From: a virus
DNA length: 64,000 nucleotides
Strand: one strand, 5' to 3'
Virus record (IMG/VR): IMGVR_UViG_3300042341_001047
Positions within the stretch are counted from its first letter, which is position 1, and every line of letters starts with the position of its first letter. Positions 8,112 through 18,269 of this stretch are shown here, in pieces. The notes beneath the pieces were generated by a model. The model was given only the letters and a program-made list of their open reading frames with translations, did no database searches and had not been told where the DNA came from. A program made the translations under genes and the position numbers.

Positions 8112-9992
8112 ATGATAGAATTAAAAGAGGGAGATGTATTTGTAGGACAAATAGAATTTTCGACAAACGGAAACGCATCTCTAAAAATAGAAGAGAAAGA
8201 AGTATTCATTTATAAAAAGAATACACTTAACTCATTACACTTAGATAAAGTGAAAATTGAAATATTCAAAGCTGAGAAAAAGCTAGAAGGAAAAGTTACT
8301 GAAGTAGTTTCAAGATATAAGACAGAATTTGTTGGAAAAGTACAAATAGGTAAAAAATCAACATTTGTAATACCAGATAGTAATAGAATTCCAGTTGATT
8401 TCTATATCAAAGGTGGATTAGTAGCTGAAGATAATCAAAAGGTTATTGTTGAGTTAGTAAAGTGGACTGATAGTAAATCACCACAAGGTAAAATAGTTAA
8501 AATATTAGGAGATTCTGGTGATAACAACGCTGAGATGAACTCAATTATGTATGAATATAATCTACCTGTTGATTTCCCACAAGATGTTATAAATGAGGCT
8601 GAATTAGTACCAGAGATTATAACTGAAAAAGAAATTAAATCTCGAAGAGATATGAGAGGTATAACAACCTTAACTATTGACCCAGTTGATGCTAAAGACT
8701 TTGATGATGCTTTATCAGTTAATATAATAAGTGATAATAAAATTGAAGTAGGAGTACACATCGCAGATGTTGCTCATTATGTAAAACCTGAAACTAAATT
8801 AGATGAAGAAGCTTTCAAAAGAGCTACCTCTGTTTATTTAGTGGATAGATGTGTTCCAATGTTACCAGAAAGATTAAGTAATGGGATATGTTCTCTAAAA
8901 CCTCACGAAGATAGACTAGCATTCTCTGTTATATTCACATTAGACTATGATGGTAATATATTAGATACTTGGCAAGGAAAAACAATAATACACTCTGATA
9001 GAAGATACTCATACGAAGAAGCTCAAGAGATAATTGAAGGTGTTGATGGTGATTATAATAAAGAGATAAGAATTTTAGATTCTATTGCTAGAAAAATCAG
9101 AAAGAAAAGAATTAAAGATGGTTCTATTGAAATGGGAGGCATTGAAGTTAAATTCAAATTAGCACCAGATAACAAGAAACCAATTGGTGTTTATTTCAAA
9201 GAACAAAAAGAAGCTAATAAATTAATTGAAGAATTTATGTTATTAGCTAATAAATCTGTTGCTAAGACACTTTCAACAGCTGGATGGGCAAATGTATATA
9301 GAGTTCACGATACACCTAATATCGATAAGTTAAATGAATTGGTTGGAATTTGCAACACATTTAAATACGAATTAGATGTAGATGTAGAGTCGAATGACTT
9401 GAAGAAGTCACTTAACAATTTACTAGTTCAGATTAAAGGAACACCTGAAGAGAATATGATAGAAACATTAGTTACTAGATGTATGTCTAAGGCTACTTAT
9501 ACAATCAAGAACATAGGACACTATGGTTTAGGATTTACACACTATTCACACTTTACAAGTCCAATTAGAAGATATCCTGATTTAATCACACATAGAATTT
9601 TATTTGATTTCTTAAATAAAGGAAAACAGGGAAACCCTGGTAAAGTTGAAGACCAAGCTAAATGGTGTTCATCCCGTGAATTGATTGCTGCTAAAGCTCA
9701 AAGAGATTCTATTAAATATAAACAAGCTGAATATCTTTTAGATAAAATCGGAAAAGTATTTGATGGAATCGTATCAGGAGTAAGTGATTGGGGTATGTAT
9801 GTTGAATTAACCGAAAGTAAATGTGAAGGAATGGTTAGATATCAAACATTAGAAGGTAAATGGTCAGTTGATACAAATAACTATACTATAACTAATGAAT
9901 TAGGTGATAAAATCAGATTAGGAGATCCTGTTAAAGTTGTAGTTAAATCAGTAGACTTAGAAAGAAAACAAATAGATTTCACAATATTTTAA
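8112..9992 (+). CDS. rnr: ribonuclease R (RNB family)
   Basis: Cold-shock/OB region, TIDPVDAKDFDDALS catalytic motif, IEEFMLLAN, HYGLGF..YSHFTSPIRRYPDL, C-terminal S1 domain. Confidence 0.93.
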   Translation: MIELKEGDVFVGQIEFSTNGNASLKIEEKEVFIYKKNTLNSLHLDKVKIEIFKAEKKLEGKVTEVVSRYKTEFVGKVQIGKKSTFVIPDSNRIPVDFYIKGGLVAEDNQKVIVELVKWTDSKSPQGKIVKILGDSGDNNAEMNSIMYEYNLPVDFPQDVINEAELVPEIITEKEIKSRRDMRGITTLTIDPVDAKDFDDALSVNIISDNKIEVGVHIADVAHYVKPETKLDEEAFKRATSVYLVDRCVPMLPERLSNGICSLKPHEDRLAFSVIFTLDYDGNILDTWQGKTIIHSDRRYSYEEAQEIIEGVDGDYNKEIRILDSIARKIRKKRIKDGSIEMGGIEVKFKLAPDNKKPIGVYFKEQKEANKLIEEFMLLANKSVAKTLSTAGWANVYRVHDTPNIDKLNELVGICNTFKYELDVDVESNDLKKSLNNLLVQIKGTPEENMIETLVTRCMSKATYTIKNIGHYGLGFTHYSHFTSPIRRYPDLITHRILFDFLNKGKQGNPGKVEDQAKWCSSRELIAAKAQRDSIKYKQAEYLLDKIGKVFDGIVSGVSDWGMYVELTESKCEGMVRYQTLEGKWSVDTNNYTITNELGDKIRLGDPVKVVVKSVDLERKQIDFTIF

Positions 9993-10442
9993 ATGGATGG
10001 TTGGAGTGTAACAAAGTCTTTTAATATTAAATTAGATAATAATAATTTAGAACAATACGAGAAACTATTATCTAATTTTAGTAATTGGAAAGAATATAAA
10101 AGAGATATTAAACTAAATTCAATTTTAGAAGATAAAAAGATTGAATTTACTTTAGATATATCCGCACATTCTCTTGGTGTTATGTATGTAAATGTTGTAA
10201 CAGATGATAATTATGACTATGATGTTCTTAAAAAATCATCATCTGCTATAAAGTTTATGAAATTTATACTCAAAGGTAATAATGTTTTAGAATTAGAAAT
10301 AACAATTAAAACAATGACTACTGAATGGGGTAAGATTATCAGAAACTTAATTGAATCAGGAGTTGAACTAGAACTCAGACAAAACATAGTAGATAATCAA
10401 GTCAAATCTTTCTACTTTACATATCCAAAAATGACAGCATGA
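9993..10442 (+). CDS. hypothetical protein
   Basis: 149-aa ORF abutting rnr; contains KRDIKLNSIL. Confidence 0.7.
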   Translation: MDGWSVTKSFNIKLDNNNLEQYEKLLSNFSNWKEYKRDIKLNSILEDKKIEFTLDISAHSLGVMYVNVVTDDNYDYDVLKKSSSAIKFMKFILKGNNVLELEITIKTMTTEWGKIIRNLIESGVELELRQNIVDNQVKSFYFTYPKMTA

Positions 10443-10876
10443 TGAAATTTATCAACATATTAACAGAAGCCAATCAGGACTATTTAAATGAAATCATAGA
10501 TAAAATGTCTATTTCTGAGATTGAATATATCGAATCTTTATATTCCAAATTTAGTGCAATTGAATACATAGATGATAATGATAATGAATGTATGTTTGCT
10601 ATATTAGATGATAACCTATTAGTAGACATATCAAATCTATATAAAAAATATGGAATAAAATTCAAAGTGGTGGATTTATCAACTGATATATTTTTCGACA
10701 ACCACTTTGATGTTCTTTTTGAAAATAATATTGGACAAGATATGTCTAATATCATACTTAAATTAATATTAAGTTTCAAAGAAGATTTTACTACAAAGGA
10801 TATTGTTCTTGATAAAATATTAAGTAAAGGAATATCCAGTCTTACAAAATTTGATAAAGAGATTCTAGATAACTAG
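10439..10876 (+). CDS. hypothetical protein with C-terminal LDKI..xG..SLT..K..L motif
   Basis: ATGA overlap with upstream gene; motif shared with 29611..29958 and 55667..56125. Confidence 0.7.
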   Translation: MMKFINILTEANQDYLNEIIDKMSISEIEYIESLYSKFSAIEYIDDNDNECMFAILDDNLLVDISNLYKKYGIKFKVVDLSTDIFFDNHFDVLFENNIGQDMSNIILKLILSFKEDFTTKDIVLDKILSKGISSLTKFDKEILDN

Positions 10877-12588
10877 AATTCGAATTCCCCACCACCTTCA
10901 GCAGGAGGAGTTTCTCCACCCTCAGCCGGAGCTTCTGGAGCGGCTTGAGCACCTTGAGCAGGAGCTTCACCTTCAGCAGGAGGCGTCTCACCACCTTCAG
11001 CAGGAGCTTCACCACCTTCAGCAGGAGCACCACCGGCAGCGGCGGCAGCGGCGGCGACAGACGCAGCATCTTTAGCCCAGTATCTTTGATTTTCAGCAAT
11101 TTCCTCTTGAGTAAGTTTAAATACATTGTCTATTAAGTAATCAACGTGGAAGTAAGGTTTCTCACCATTCATAATTCCAACTAATGTTCCAAATATCTCA
11201 GCTTTCTTAGCTAAGTTTCCTAATTTCTTCCACTCTTCAAATACTTGATTTGAGTTAAAAGTAATATCCATTTGATTCATGATAACTTCATCATCTTTCA
11301 ACTCAGGGAACTCAATTAACATTTGTAATTTAAGAGGTTTAACAATTAATTCTTTAAAGTTAGCTCTTAATCTATTAACAAAGTTATAAAACTTAATCTC
11401 ATCTCTTGTCATCTCAGAAGCATCTGAGAAAAGGTTACCACCACCATTTTCTTTATCGAATCTTTGGAAAGGAATTTTAGAAGCTCTTTTCAAAGCATTA
11501 TAGAACCAAGTTAACATATCAGACTCATTCAAGTTATGTCCTTCTGGTGAAACTAATTCCATAGCTGGTGTACCAGCATCTCCTTCAGGAAACCAAATTT
11601 GTTTATTATAAGGTAAGTGTTTAGCCCCATTGATACTTAAAGTACCTAATGTATCATCCCATTCTACTTCTTCAGAATAGTCATTAATTAATTGACCAAT
11701 TTGTTCTTCAGCTCTTTGTCTTGATAAACCTTTAATTGGAATAGTAAATTTTTGATAAACGGTAGCATTAATAATGTTAAACATAACTCTTGTTTGTTCA
11801 AGAATCTTTAACTGATTATATGGTTTAATTAAACCTTCAACATAAGAAGTTTCTGAATAATCATTTTGAGTAGAGTAAGAAATATAAACTATTTGAGAAT
11901 CTAAGAATATTCTTCTTAATTGAGGATCCTCTGGAAACTGAATCCATAAGTGACCTATTGTTGGTTCATAAGCTGGAACTAAAGTTTCTGGTCTTAATCT
12001 ATTAAATCCAATGATATTTTTCTTTTTATCATCATAAATAATTTCAAGTGCTAAATAACCATCAACTAAAAAGTCTTTCATCATATTCCAAGCCGTGATA
12101 CTATCACCGAATCCAAACTTATTATAAATTTTTTCAAAATACTCTTGATATTTATCTTTTACTTCTTGTGGATACTCATTAGATAATGTTTTTGGAGAAC
12201 AAAAGTCTCTATCATCATTGTAAACGATACTCTCATCAGCTATCGAACTAACAAAGTCTCTAATCTCATCTTTAATAGAATACTCTCTTAGGATTCTTCT
12301 TTTATCACCATATGCTTTATCTAAGTAAGGAATAGATTTTCTATTTAATACCGAAGCAACGGCTCTTTGAGAAAAGAAATCATACATTGAGTTACCTCTA
12401 GCAGCGTATGGATCTTCGTTGATACCAATACCTACTTGATTTCTAACAATCATATCATCATAATTCATACCATATGATGATAAACTTCTTAAAATTCTAT
12501 TAAAAAGTCCTTTGTTTTCAACTGCACTATTTGTGTAAGCGAAATTCGAATTTGATGTATCTTGATTAGATTGATTATAAGAAGCCAT
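10873..12588 (-). CDS. gp20: portal protein, T4 gp20-like
   Basis: SYVEGLIKPYNQLKILE, GLSRQRAEE, LKRASKIPFQRF, EMTRDEIKFYNFVNRLR, LIVKPLKLQML match gp20 motifs. Confidence 0.9.
   Translation of the reverse strand: MASYNQSNQDTSNSNFAYTNSAVENKGLFNRILRSLSSYGMNYDDMIVRNQVGIGINEDPYAARGNSMYDFFSQRAVASVLNRKSIPYLDKAYGDKRRILREYSIKDEIRDFVSSIADESIVYNDDRDFCSPKTLSNEYPQEVKDKYQEYFEKIYNKFGFGDSITAWNMMKDFLVDGYLALEIIYDDKKKNIIGFNRLRPETLVPAYEPTIGHLWIQFPEDPQLRRIFLDSQIVYISYSTQNDYSETSYVEGLIKPYNQLKILEQTRVMFNIINATVYQKFTIPIKGLSRQRAEEQIGQLINDYSEEVEWDDTLGTLSINGAKHLPYNKQIWFPEGDAGTPAMELVSPEGHNLNESDMLTWFYNALKRASKIPFQRFDKENGGGNLFSDASEMTRDEIKFYNFVNRLRANFKELIVKPLKLQMLIEFPELKDDEVIMNQMDITFNSNQVFEEWKKLGNLAKKAEIFGTLVGIMNGEKPYFHVDYLIDNVFKLTQEEIAENQRYWAKDAASVAAAAAAAGGAPAEGGEAPAEGGETPPAEGEAPAQGAQAAPEAPAEGGETPPAEGGGEFEF
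10885..11056 (-). repeat. GC-rich PAEGGE(A/T) repeats and poly-Ala in the portal C-terminal tail
   Basis: AAAAAAAGGAPAEGGEAPAEGGETPPAEGEAPA...PAEGGETPPAEGG. Confidence 0.85.
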
Positions 12589-12659
12589 TTATTGTTTTAA
12601 TAAAATTTATATTATATATTAAAATCAAAGAGTCCCTCCAAACAATTGATAATGTTGAA

Positions 12660-13136
12660 TTATACATAGAAAGTTCTAAAAACAACCTTCAAATCTGTTG
12701 AAGTTAGCTTACTTTCAACGAAAAATGATTGAAAATCGTCTTGATTTTTAGAAATTGCATCTACTAATTTTTGAAATTTCATAGCTGATCTTTTCTCTAA
12801 AAATTTATTACCTTCACTCCAAGTAATATCACCTGTTTTAGGATCGATAACAGAGTCTATTCTATGTGTATTATTACCAGAGTTGAATATGGATCTAAGT
12901 AAAAAAGACTCACCTGATCTAAATAAACTCATCTCTTGGAACTTAGCCTCAGGAAAAGGTCTAACACCACCAACTAAAATACCAAAAATCATCTCGTCAA
13001 CTTCTCTTCTAGACATATTAACAGCGTGTGTTCTTAATTCTTTAGCTCTATCGATTTGCCCAAAATCTTCTAATTTATCAGCAGCACTGATATATGTTGA
13101 GTAATCCAATTCTTCAAATTTTCTGATGTGTTTCAT
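12660..13136 (-). CDS. hypothetical protein with capsid-targeting-like leader
   Basis: Starts MKHIRKFEE; TAATATATA upstream at 13161-13169. Confidence 0.7.
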   Translation of the reverse strand: MKHIRKFEELDYSTYISAADKLEDFGQIDRAKELRTHAVNMSRREVDEMIFGILVGGVRPFPEAKFQEMSLFRSGESFLLRSIFNSGNNTHRIDSVIDPKTGDITWSEGNKFLEKRSAMKFQKLVDAISKNQDDFQSFFVESKLTSTDLKVVFRTFYV

Positions 13137-13170
13137 AGTATTTTGTATATTTTATATGATTATATATTAA

Positions 13171-13866
13171 TTATTTATTACCATATTTTTTTTGATTGCT
13201 TTGAATTCTTTGTATATGTTTTTTCAATACAACATATTTATCGGAAATTTCTCCTCGAACATCATAGAAGTCATCCATAGATGAGTTCATTATTTCTTGA
13301 TGTCTCTTATCCTTATCCTTTAACTTAACTTGCCATATATCAAATAACTTACCTGGATCATATTTATTTTTAGGGTGTCCAGATATTAAAAATCTAGGAA
13401 CTAAACTCATATCAATTCTATGAACTAATTTAACCAATCTAACATCATATTCAACGATAGAATATTCAAATCCAAACTTTATAAGTTCAGCATACATACC
13501 CTCATAATTAACTTTTAATGGTCTATTTTGGTCTAAATCCTCTTCTGTAATAAATTTATCAAATAAAAAAGCTCTTACTTCAAGTGGTATAAAATTTAAA
13601 TTAACACCAAATACTATTATCTGTTTTCCTATTTTTTTATAGTTTGTAACAAAAATAGGAGACCACTTCATCCAATTAGAACTATCAAGGTAATGTAAGT
13701 GAAAAAACATACCAGGCATTAAATCCTTAACATCAATAGCAAAAACATCTTTATCAGATTTTTGATACTTATTATAAAAATATAAAGAGTTATTTTTAAA
13801 ATTATCTGCTATACCATCTCCGTCAACTAACATTCTAAGACCTATTCTATCAACCAATTCCCCCAT
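13171..13866 (-). CDS. gp2: DNA end protector, T4 gp2-like
   Basis: PGMFFHLHY...SPIFV...FGVNLNFIPLEVR pattern; divergent from gp4. Confidence 0.65.
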   Translation of the reverse strand: MGELVDRIGLRMLVDGDGIADNFKNNSLYFYNKYQKSDKDVFAIDVKDLMPGMFFHLHYLDSSNWMKWSPIFVTNYKKIGKQIIVFGVNLNFIPLEVRAFLFDKFITEEDLDQNRPLKVNYEGMYAELIKFGFEYSIVEYDVRLVKLVHRIDMSLVPRFLISGHPKNKYDPGKLFDIWQVKLKDKDKRHQEIMNSSMDDFYDVRGEISDKYVVLKKHIQRIQSNQKKYGNK

Positions 13867-13880
13867 GAGTTTAATTTTCT

Positions 13881-13892
13881 TTTATATATAAA
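13881..13892. promoter_or_regulatory. palindromic putative late promoter TTTATATATAAA between gp2 and gp4
   Basis: Perfect 12-bp palindrome carrying the TWATATATA motif on both strands in a 42-bp divergent gap. Confidence 0.6.
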
Positions 13893-13908
13893 GAAAACTA
13901 TTATAGAT

Positions 13909-14433
13909 ATGTTAAATTCAAAACCAAATAACTCTAATTATAATCAAGGAAATTATATACCTAAGAATAAAGACAAGGTAATTAAGTTAAATACACAAGG
14001 TGGTGTTTATTTTAGAAGTTCTTGGGAAAAGAAAATTATGTATTGGTTAGACATGAAATCAGAAATTATAAAATGGGGAGCAGAATGTTTACAAATACCA
14101 TATCAAATGACACACTTTGATAATGGTGACACAAAAGTCAAAAGTCATATATATCACGTTGACTTTTATTATGAAATGAGAATCAATGGAGAACTAAAAC
14201 AAATAGTAGCCGAAGTTAAACCAATGAAAGAGTATAAAATGGTTCAAGCTCTAAACGAAGGAAGATTAGAAGTACCTGATAAAGGAACTAAGAAACTAAA
14301 AAACTTTGAGTACGACTTAAAAATGGCTTATAAAAATAAACAAAAGTGGGAAACCGTGATTGAATGGTGTAATAAAAAGGGATATACCTTCATTATAATA
14401 ACTGAAGATCATCTTAAGAAGTTTAATGTATAA
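13909..14433 (+). CDS. gp4: head completion nuclease, T4 gp4-like (TnsA-type PD-(D/E)xK)
   Basis: FRSSWE, WGAE..QIPY, YHVDF, EVKP, KWE...WC.KKGY.FIIITE. Confidence 0.88.
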   Translation: MLNSKPNNSNYNQGNYIPKNKDKVIKLNTQGGVYFRSSWEKKIMYWLDMKSEIIKWGAECLQIPYQMTHFDNGDTKVKSHIYHVDFYYEMRINGELKQIVAEVKPMKEYKMVQALNEGRLEVPDKGTKKLKNFEYDLKMAYKNKQKWETVIEWCNKKGYTFIIITEDHLKKFNV

Positions 14434-14767
14434 GACTATAAATAAATATCATCAATATAAAGATGATAGAAATACTAGGTAGTATATTATCCCAAACTGC
14501 ATATAACCTTTTACTTAAATGATAAAATGGAAATTTAAGAAGATATAGAGAAAGTAAAGTAATAAATAATACTTTTTGAGATGACCATAATCCTATAATC
14601 ATCCAAACAAAAAATAGAAATTCTGTGAAGTAATAAACTAAGTCTATTTTTTTAATAGCCATTAAATCTTTATTTCTAAAGTTTAAGTCCAATCTTTGTT
14701 TGTTAAAAACAAGAAATATCTTAGTCCATATAAAAACTAAAATAAAATAATAAAAAAAAGTAATCAT
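14423..14767 (-). CDS. small multi-pass membrane protein
   Basis: Three to four hydrophobic segments in 114 aa. Confidence 0.65.
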   Translation of the reverse strand: MITFFYYFILVFIWTKIFLVFNKQRLDLNFRNKDLMAIKKIDLVYYFTEFLFFVWMIIGLWSSQKVLFITLLSLYLLKFPFYHLSKRLYAVWDNILPSISIIFILMIFIYSLIH

Positions 14768-15069
14768 ATCATTTCTGTGTTATATATTATATCTTCAAAT
14801 TTTATAAGATTTTGAAATTCAACCTCAGATATTTTAACAGAATTTGAAGTGGATAATAAATTATAAATACTATCAGTTAGAAAAACTTCAATTCCTTCAC
14901 CAACAATACTATCATATTCATTGGGTATATCACCAGATTCTCTATTAGAATAAATATTTGAAACAAATTTTATTCTTTCATCTTCATTAATATGAATTGA
15001 GCATCCATTACTAAACACACCATCATTTTGATTTGACTCTTCCCAAAGTTGTAAAATAACCTTATTCAT
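14764..15069 (-). CDS. hypothetical protein
   Basis: 101-aa ORF with ATGA overlap to the next gene. Confidence 0.65.
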   Translation of the reverse strand: MNKVILQLWEESNQNDGVFSNGCSIHINEDERIKFVSNIYSNRESGDIPNEYDSIVGEGIEVFLTDSIYNLLSTSNSVKISEVEFQNLIKFEDIIYNTEMI

Positions 15070-15140
15070 TTTTTTAATAATTTATAGTCATTTTATAAAA
15101 CAATTGTGAGAAAGTTTCATAAAATAAAAAAAACTTTAAA

Positions 15141-16250
15141 ATGAGCGTAAAATTAGAATACATTTGGTTAGATGGTTCGGAACCACAACAATTAAGAAGT
15201 AAAACTAAAATTGTCGAAAAATCAGACACACTTTTGGCAAAAGATTACTCTATGTGGTCTTTCGATGGAAGTTCAACACTACAAGCAGAATCAGGAAGAG
15301 GTAAAAATACAGATTGTCTTTTAAAACCAGTGTTTATAACAAAAGATCCATTCAGAGGATATCCACACAGATTAGTATTTTGTGAAGTATTAAATCCTGA
15401 CGGAACTCCACATATAACTAATCACAGATATAAGTTAGAAGAAAAAATGAATCAGTTAGGATTACTTGAAACGATTGATAAAAACGAACAACCTTGGTTT
15501 GGTTGGGAACAAGAATACACACTAACACATAAGACAGGAAATCCTTTTGTTGAAGGTGAAGGTTTGCCATTAGGATTTACAAAAGATATTTTACACCCAG
15601 GAATAGGAACCTCATTAAATCCAAGACCACAAGGTGATTATTATTGTGGTATTGGAGCTGATACGGTTATTGGTCGTAATATAGTTGAAGAACATATGGA
15701 TATGTGTATAGAAGTAGGTTTAGATATATCAGGAATAAACGCTGAAGTATTACTTGGTCAATGGGAATATCAAATTGGTCCAGTTACATCATTAAATGGA
15801 TCGGACCAATTATGGGTTTCTAGATATTTACTACAAAGAGTTGCTGAAAAATATGATACTAATGTTTCACTTCATCCAAAACCATTAAAAGGGGACTGGA
15901 ACGGAACTGGATGTCATGTGAACTTTTCTACTAAGGAAATGAGAGAAGAAGGTGGATTGGATATAATCAAAGAAACAATGCCTAAATTAGAGAGATTTCA
16001 AAAAGAACACATTGAAATCTATGGTTTATTCAATGAAGAAAGATTAACAGGACAACACGAAACATCAAGTATTAATGATTTCAGCTATGGATTTTCTACA
16101 AGAGATACTTCTATCAGAATTCCAGCACAAGCTATAATTGAAAAGAAAGGTTACTTTGAAGATAGAAGACCAGCATCAAATTGTGACCCTTATTTAGTTT
16201 CAGAAAGAATGTTAGAAACGGTATATAGTGGTGTTGAAACAGAAGCTTAA
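15141..16250 (+). CDS. glnII: glutamine synthetase type II
   Basis: LEYIWLDG, LRSKT, WSFDGSST.QA, PWFGWEQEY, GINAEV..GQWEYQIG, GDWNGTGCH.NFST, RLTG.HETS, GYFEDRRPASNCDPY. Confidence 0.95.
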   Translation: MSVKLEYIWLDGSEPQQLRSKTKIVEKSDTLLAKDYSMWSFDGSSTLQAESGRGKNTDCLLKPVFITKDPFRGYPHRLVFCEVLNPDGTPHITNHRYKLEEKMNQLGLLETIDKNEQPWFGWEQEYTLTHKTGNPFVEGEGLPLGFTKDILHPGIGTSLNPRPQGDYYCGIGADTVIGRNIVEEHMDMCIEVGLDISGINAEVLLGQWEYQIGPVTSLNGSDQLWVSRYLLQRVAEKYDTNVSLHPKPLKGDWNGTGCHVNFSTKEMREEGGLDIIKETMPKLERFQKEHIEIYGLFNEERLTGQHETSSINDFSYGFSTRDTSIRIPAQAIIEKKGYFEDRRPASNCDPYLVSERMLETVYSGVETEA

Positions 16251-16263
16251 TATTAATAAAAAT

Positions 16264-16291
16264 AAAAACCTCTCAATTGAGAGGTTTTTTT
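16264..16291. terminator. bidirectional intrinsic terminator
   Basis: AAAAACCTCTCAATTGAGAGGTTTTTTT between convergent genes. Confidence 0.8.
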
Positions 16292-16386
16292 ATTTTAAAT
16301 AAGTTTTGAATTTTTTCTTTTCGTCTTTTCTGTCTTGAAGGAAATATAGTTATTGGTATATTAGCGGCACCAAATGCTGGTGTCAT
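16273..16386 (-). CDS. possible small basic protein (37 aa, or 56 aa from ATG at 16443)
   Basis: MTPAFGAANIPITIFPSRQKRRKEKIQNLFKIKKPLN*, directly after gp55; below the ORF-track length cutoff. Confidence 0.4.
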   Translation of the reverse strand: MTPAFGAANIPITIFPSRQKRRKEKIQNLFKIKKPLN

Positions 16387-16414
16387 AACTATATCAAATG
16401 TTTTTAGATTGATA

Positions 16415-16780
16415 TTAGAGTGAGTGGAGTCCCATGCCATCATTTGATCCCTCTATTGATAATAATTTAATTAAATTATCATTATCGCCTTTTTTCTTAT
16501 ATAACTCATTAAACCCCTTAGCTATTCCTCTTTTAAAGACTTCGGTGAAGTAAGCAAATGCGTTTACTGATTTATCCTCGTTGAAATTGTACCAGTTTTG
16601 GAACATATCAAGTAATCCGGATTGGTAACAATCTAATTTATCATCATTAGACCAGTATCTCATTTTTTTAATTGTTTTCTTTGCTAGTAGCTCTAACATT
16701 TTCTCAGCATTTCTTGTGAGTTTTCCTTGAGCTTTTGATATGATTACCTCAATATAAAGGTCTTTGTTGTTTAGATACAT
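16415..16780 (-). CDS. gp55: late-transcription sigma factor, T4 gp55-like
   Basis: YLNNKDL start and NFNEDKSVNAFAYFTEV motif typical of gp55. Confidence 0.82.
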   Translation of the reverse strand: MYLNNKDLYIEVIISKAQGKLTRNAEKMLELLAKKTIKKMRYWSNDDKLDCYQSGLLDMFQNWYNFNEDKSVNAFAYFTEVFKRGIAKGFNELYKKKGDNDNLIKLLSIEGSNDGMGLHSL

Positions 16781-16860
16781 TCATATTCATTATTTTTTTA
16801 AGGTTCTTAACCTTTCATGATTTCATGTTATATACTTTTTTTATATAAAAGTTTTAAAAT

Positions 16861-16893
16861 AAAAAAATCCTCAAATAAATTTGAGGATTTTTT
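16861..16893. terminator. intrinsic terminator
   Basis: AAAAAAATCCTCAAA-TAAA-TTTGAGGATTTTTT. Confidence 0.8.
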
Positions 16894-16907
16894 AATATGT
16901 TTTGAAA

Positions 16908-18191
16908 TTACGCTCTAACTCTTTCGTTATATTGTAACTCTTTTGTTGCGTTTAATTCAGTGTTTAAAACATCTCTTCTTTTTTCTAAATTTTTAAGAGC
17001 TGTTACTAAAACTGCTGATTCACCAATCATTTGGATAGAACCTTTAACTTTCTCAATGTTAAATTGAACATCTTCTAATTTAAGAGTGATTTCTCTTTCT
17101 TTATCTTCAAGTTTTCTTTTAACGATTAATTCTTTATCTAATCTATTTTCGTAGAAATATGTTAAATCATAGTTTAATTCATTTCTTACTTCATTTACCA
17201 ACTCTAAAGCTGATTCATATTTGAAGAAAGAGTTACCATATCTCTCATCACATCTATATAAATATGTACTATTTTTATAATTGAATGCGAAGATTTCTAA
17301 ATAAGGGTTAATTAAGTTATTAACTCTCTTAACAACATCTAATTCTACAAATTTATCTAAGTTTTTAGAAACCTCAAGTAAAACAGGATAGAAGTTTTTA
17401 TTAACAATTGGAATAATTGGAGAATCAAATACACTTTCCAATGTAGTCTCTTCGTTCATCTCATCATCATTGATGAATAAACTACTTTTCTTACCAACCG
17501 AAAGACCGATAGTTAAATATTCCGAAATTCTGAAATTAACTCTATCTTCAGTAACTGAAGCATATTTCATAGCCGTTTCCAACATTCTTAGACTTTTTAA
17601 TTCTTCTTCGTTTTTAACGTGATTTTCTAAAAGAGTTTTCTCAATTGTATTTTCACTTAAAAGGAACCAAGAATCATTAACAAGAGCAACGTGACCATCT
17701 TCAACTTGTTCAACAATTGTGAATGTAGATTCACCTTTACCACCACTTAAAAGATTATTTCTTTTTTCAGGTGATTTTGTCAAATTATGAACAAATAATT
17801 TAACTTCTGGTACCCAATCATAGATAGCTAATTCATTAAGAATTTTAGACATTCTATCTTGGTCAGTGTCTAAGTTAATTGTTTGAAGAAGAACGTTTAA
17901 TGGTTGTCTATACAACTCTCCTTGATTTTTAGTATTAATCACATTATATAAATTTTTCAACTCATATAATAACTCATAATTCTTCACATCATCATTAAGA
18001 TTTTCTAACAAAGATTTAACACTTTTATCGTATGTGTATGGTTTAAGCCTCTCATTAAGAGAGATAATGATTTGTTTTTCAGATAACTCATTACAAGCAT
18101 TCATATGTCCCTCAACTATCCCAGATACTTCCTCCTGTTCAAGAGTTAAGTTCTTTTTGAAGTTAAACAATTCAAGTTTAAGATTCTTCAT
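16908..18191 (-). CDS. hypothetical late protein, possibly structural
   Basis: 427-aa ORF with upstream TAATATATA and a C-terminal coiled coil. Confidence 0.7.
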   Translation of the reverse strand: MKNLKLELFNFKKNLTLEQEEVSGIVEGHMNACNELSEKQIIISLNERLKPYTYDKSVKSLLENLNDDVKNYELLYELKNLYNVINTKNQGELYRQPLNVLLQTINLDTDQDRMSKILNELAIYDWVPEVKLFVHNLTKSPEKRNNLLSGGKGESTFTIVEQVEDGHVALVNDSWFLLSENTIEKTLLENHVKNEEELKSLRMLETAMKYASVTEDRVNFRISEYLTIGLSVGKKSSLFINDDEMNEETTLESVFDSPIIPIVNKNFYPVLLEVSKNLDKFVELDVVKRVNNLINPYLEIFAFNYKNSTYLYRCDERYGNSFFKYESALELVNEVRNELNYDLTYFYENRLDKELIVKRKLEDKEREITLKLEDVQFNIEKVKGSIQMIGESAVLVTALKNLEKRRDVLNTELNATKELQYNERVRA

Positions 18192-18269
18192 ATTTTAAAA
18201 TATTTTTTTTTATATAACATATATATTAAGGCTTAAAAGTCATTTTTTACCATTTTTGAAAATTTATTT

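Noticed and set aside
13909-14433. TnsA transposase or mobile element
   Set aside because: TnsA-like fold is expected for T4 gp4; no TnsB/TnsC or terminal repeats nearby.
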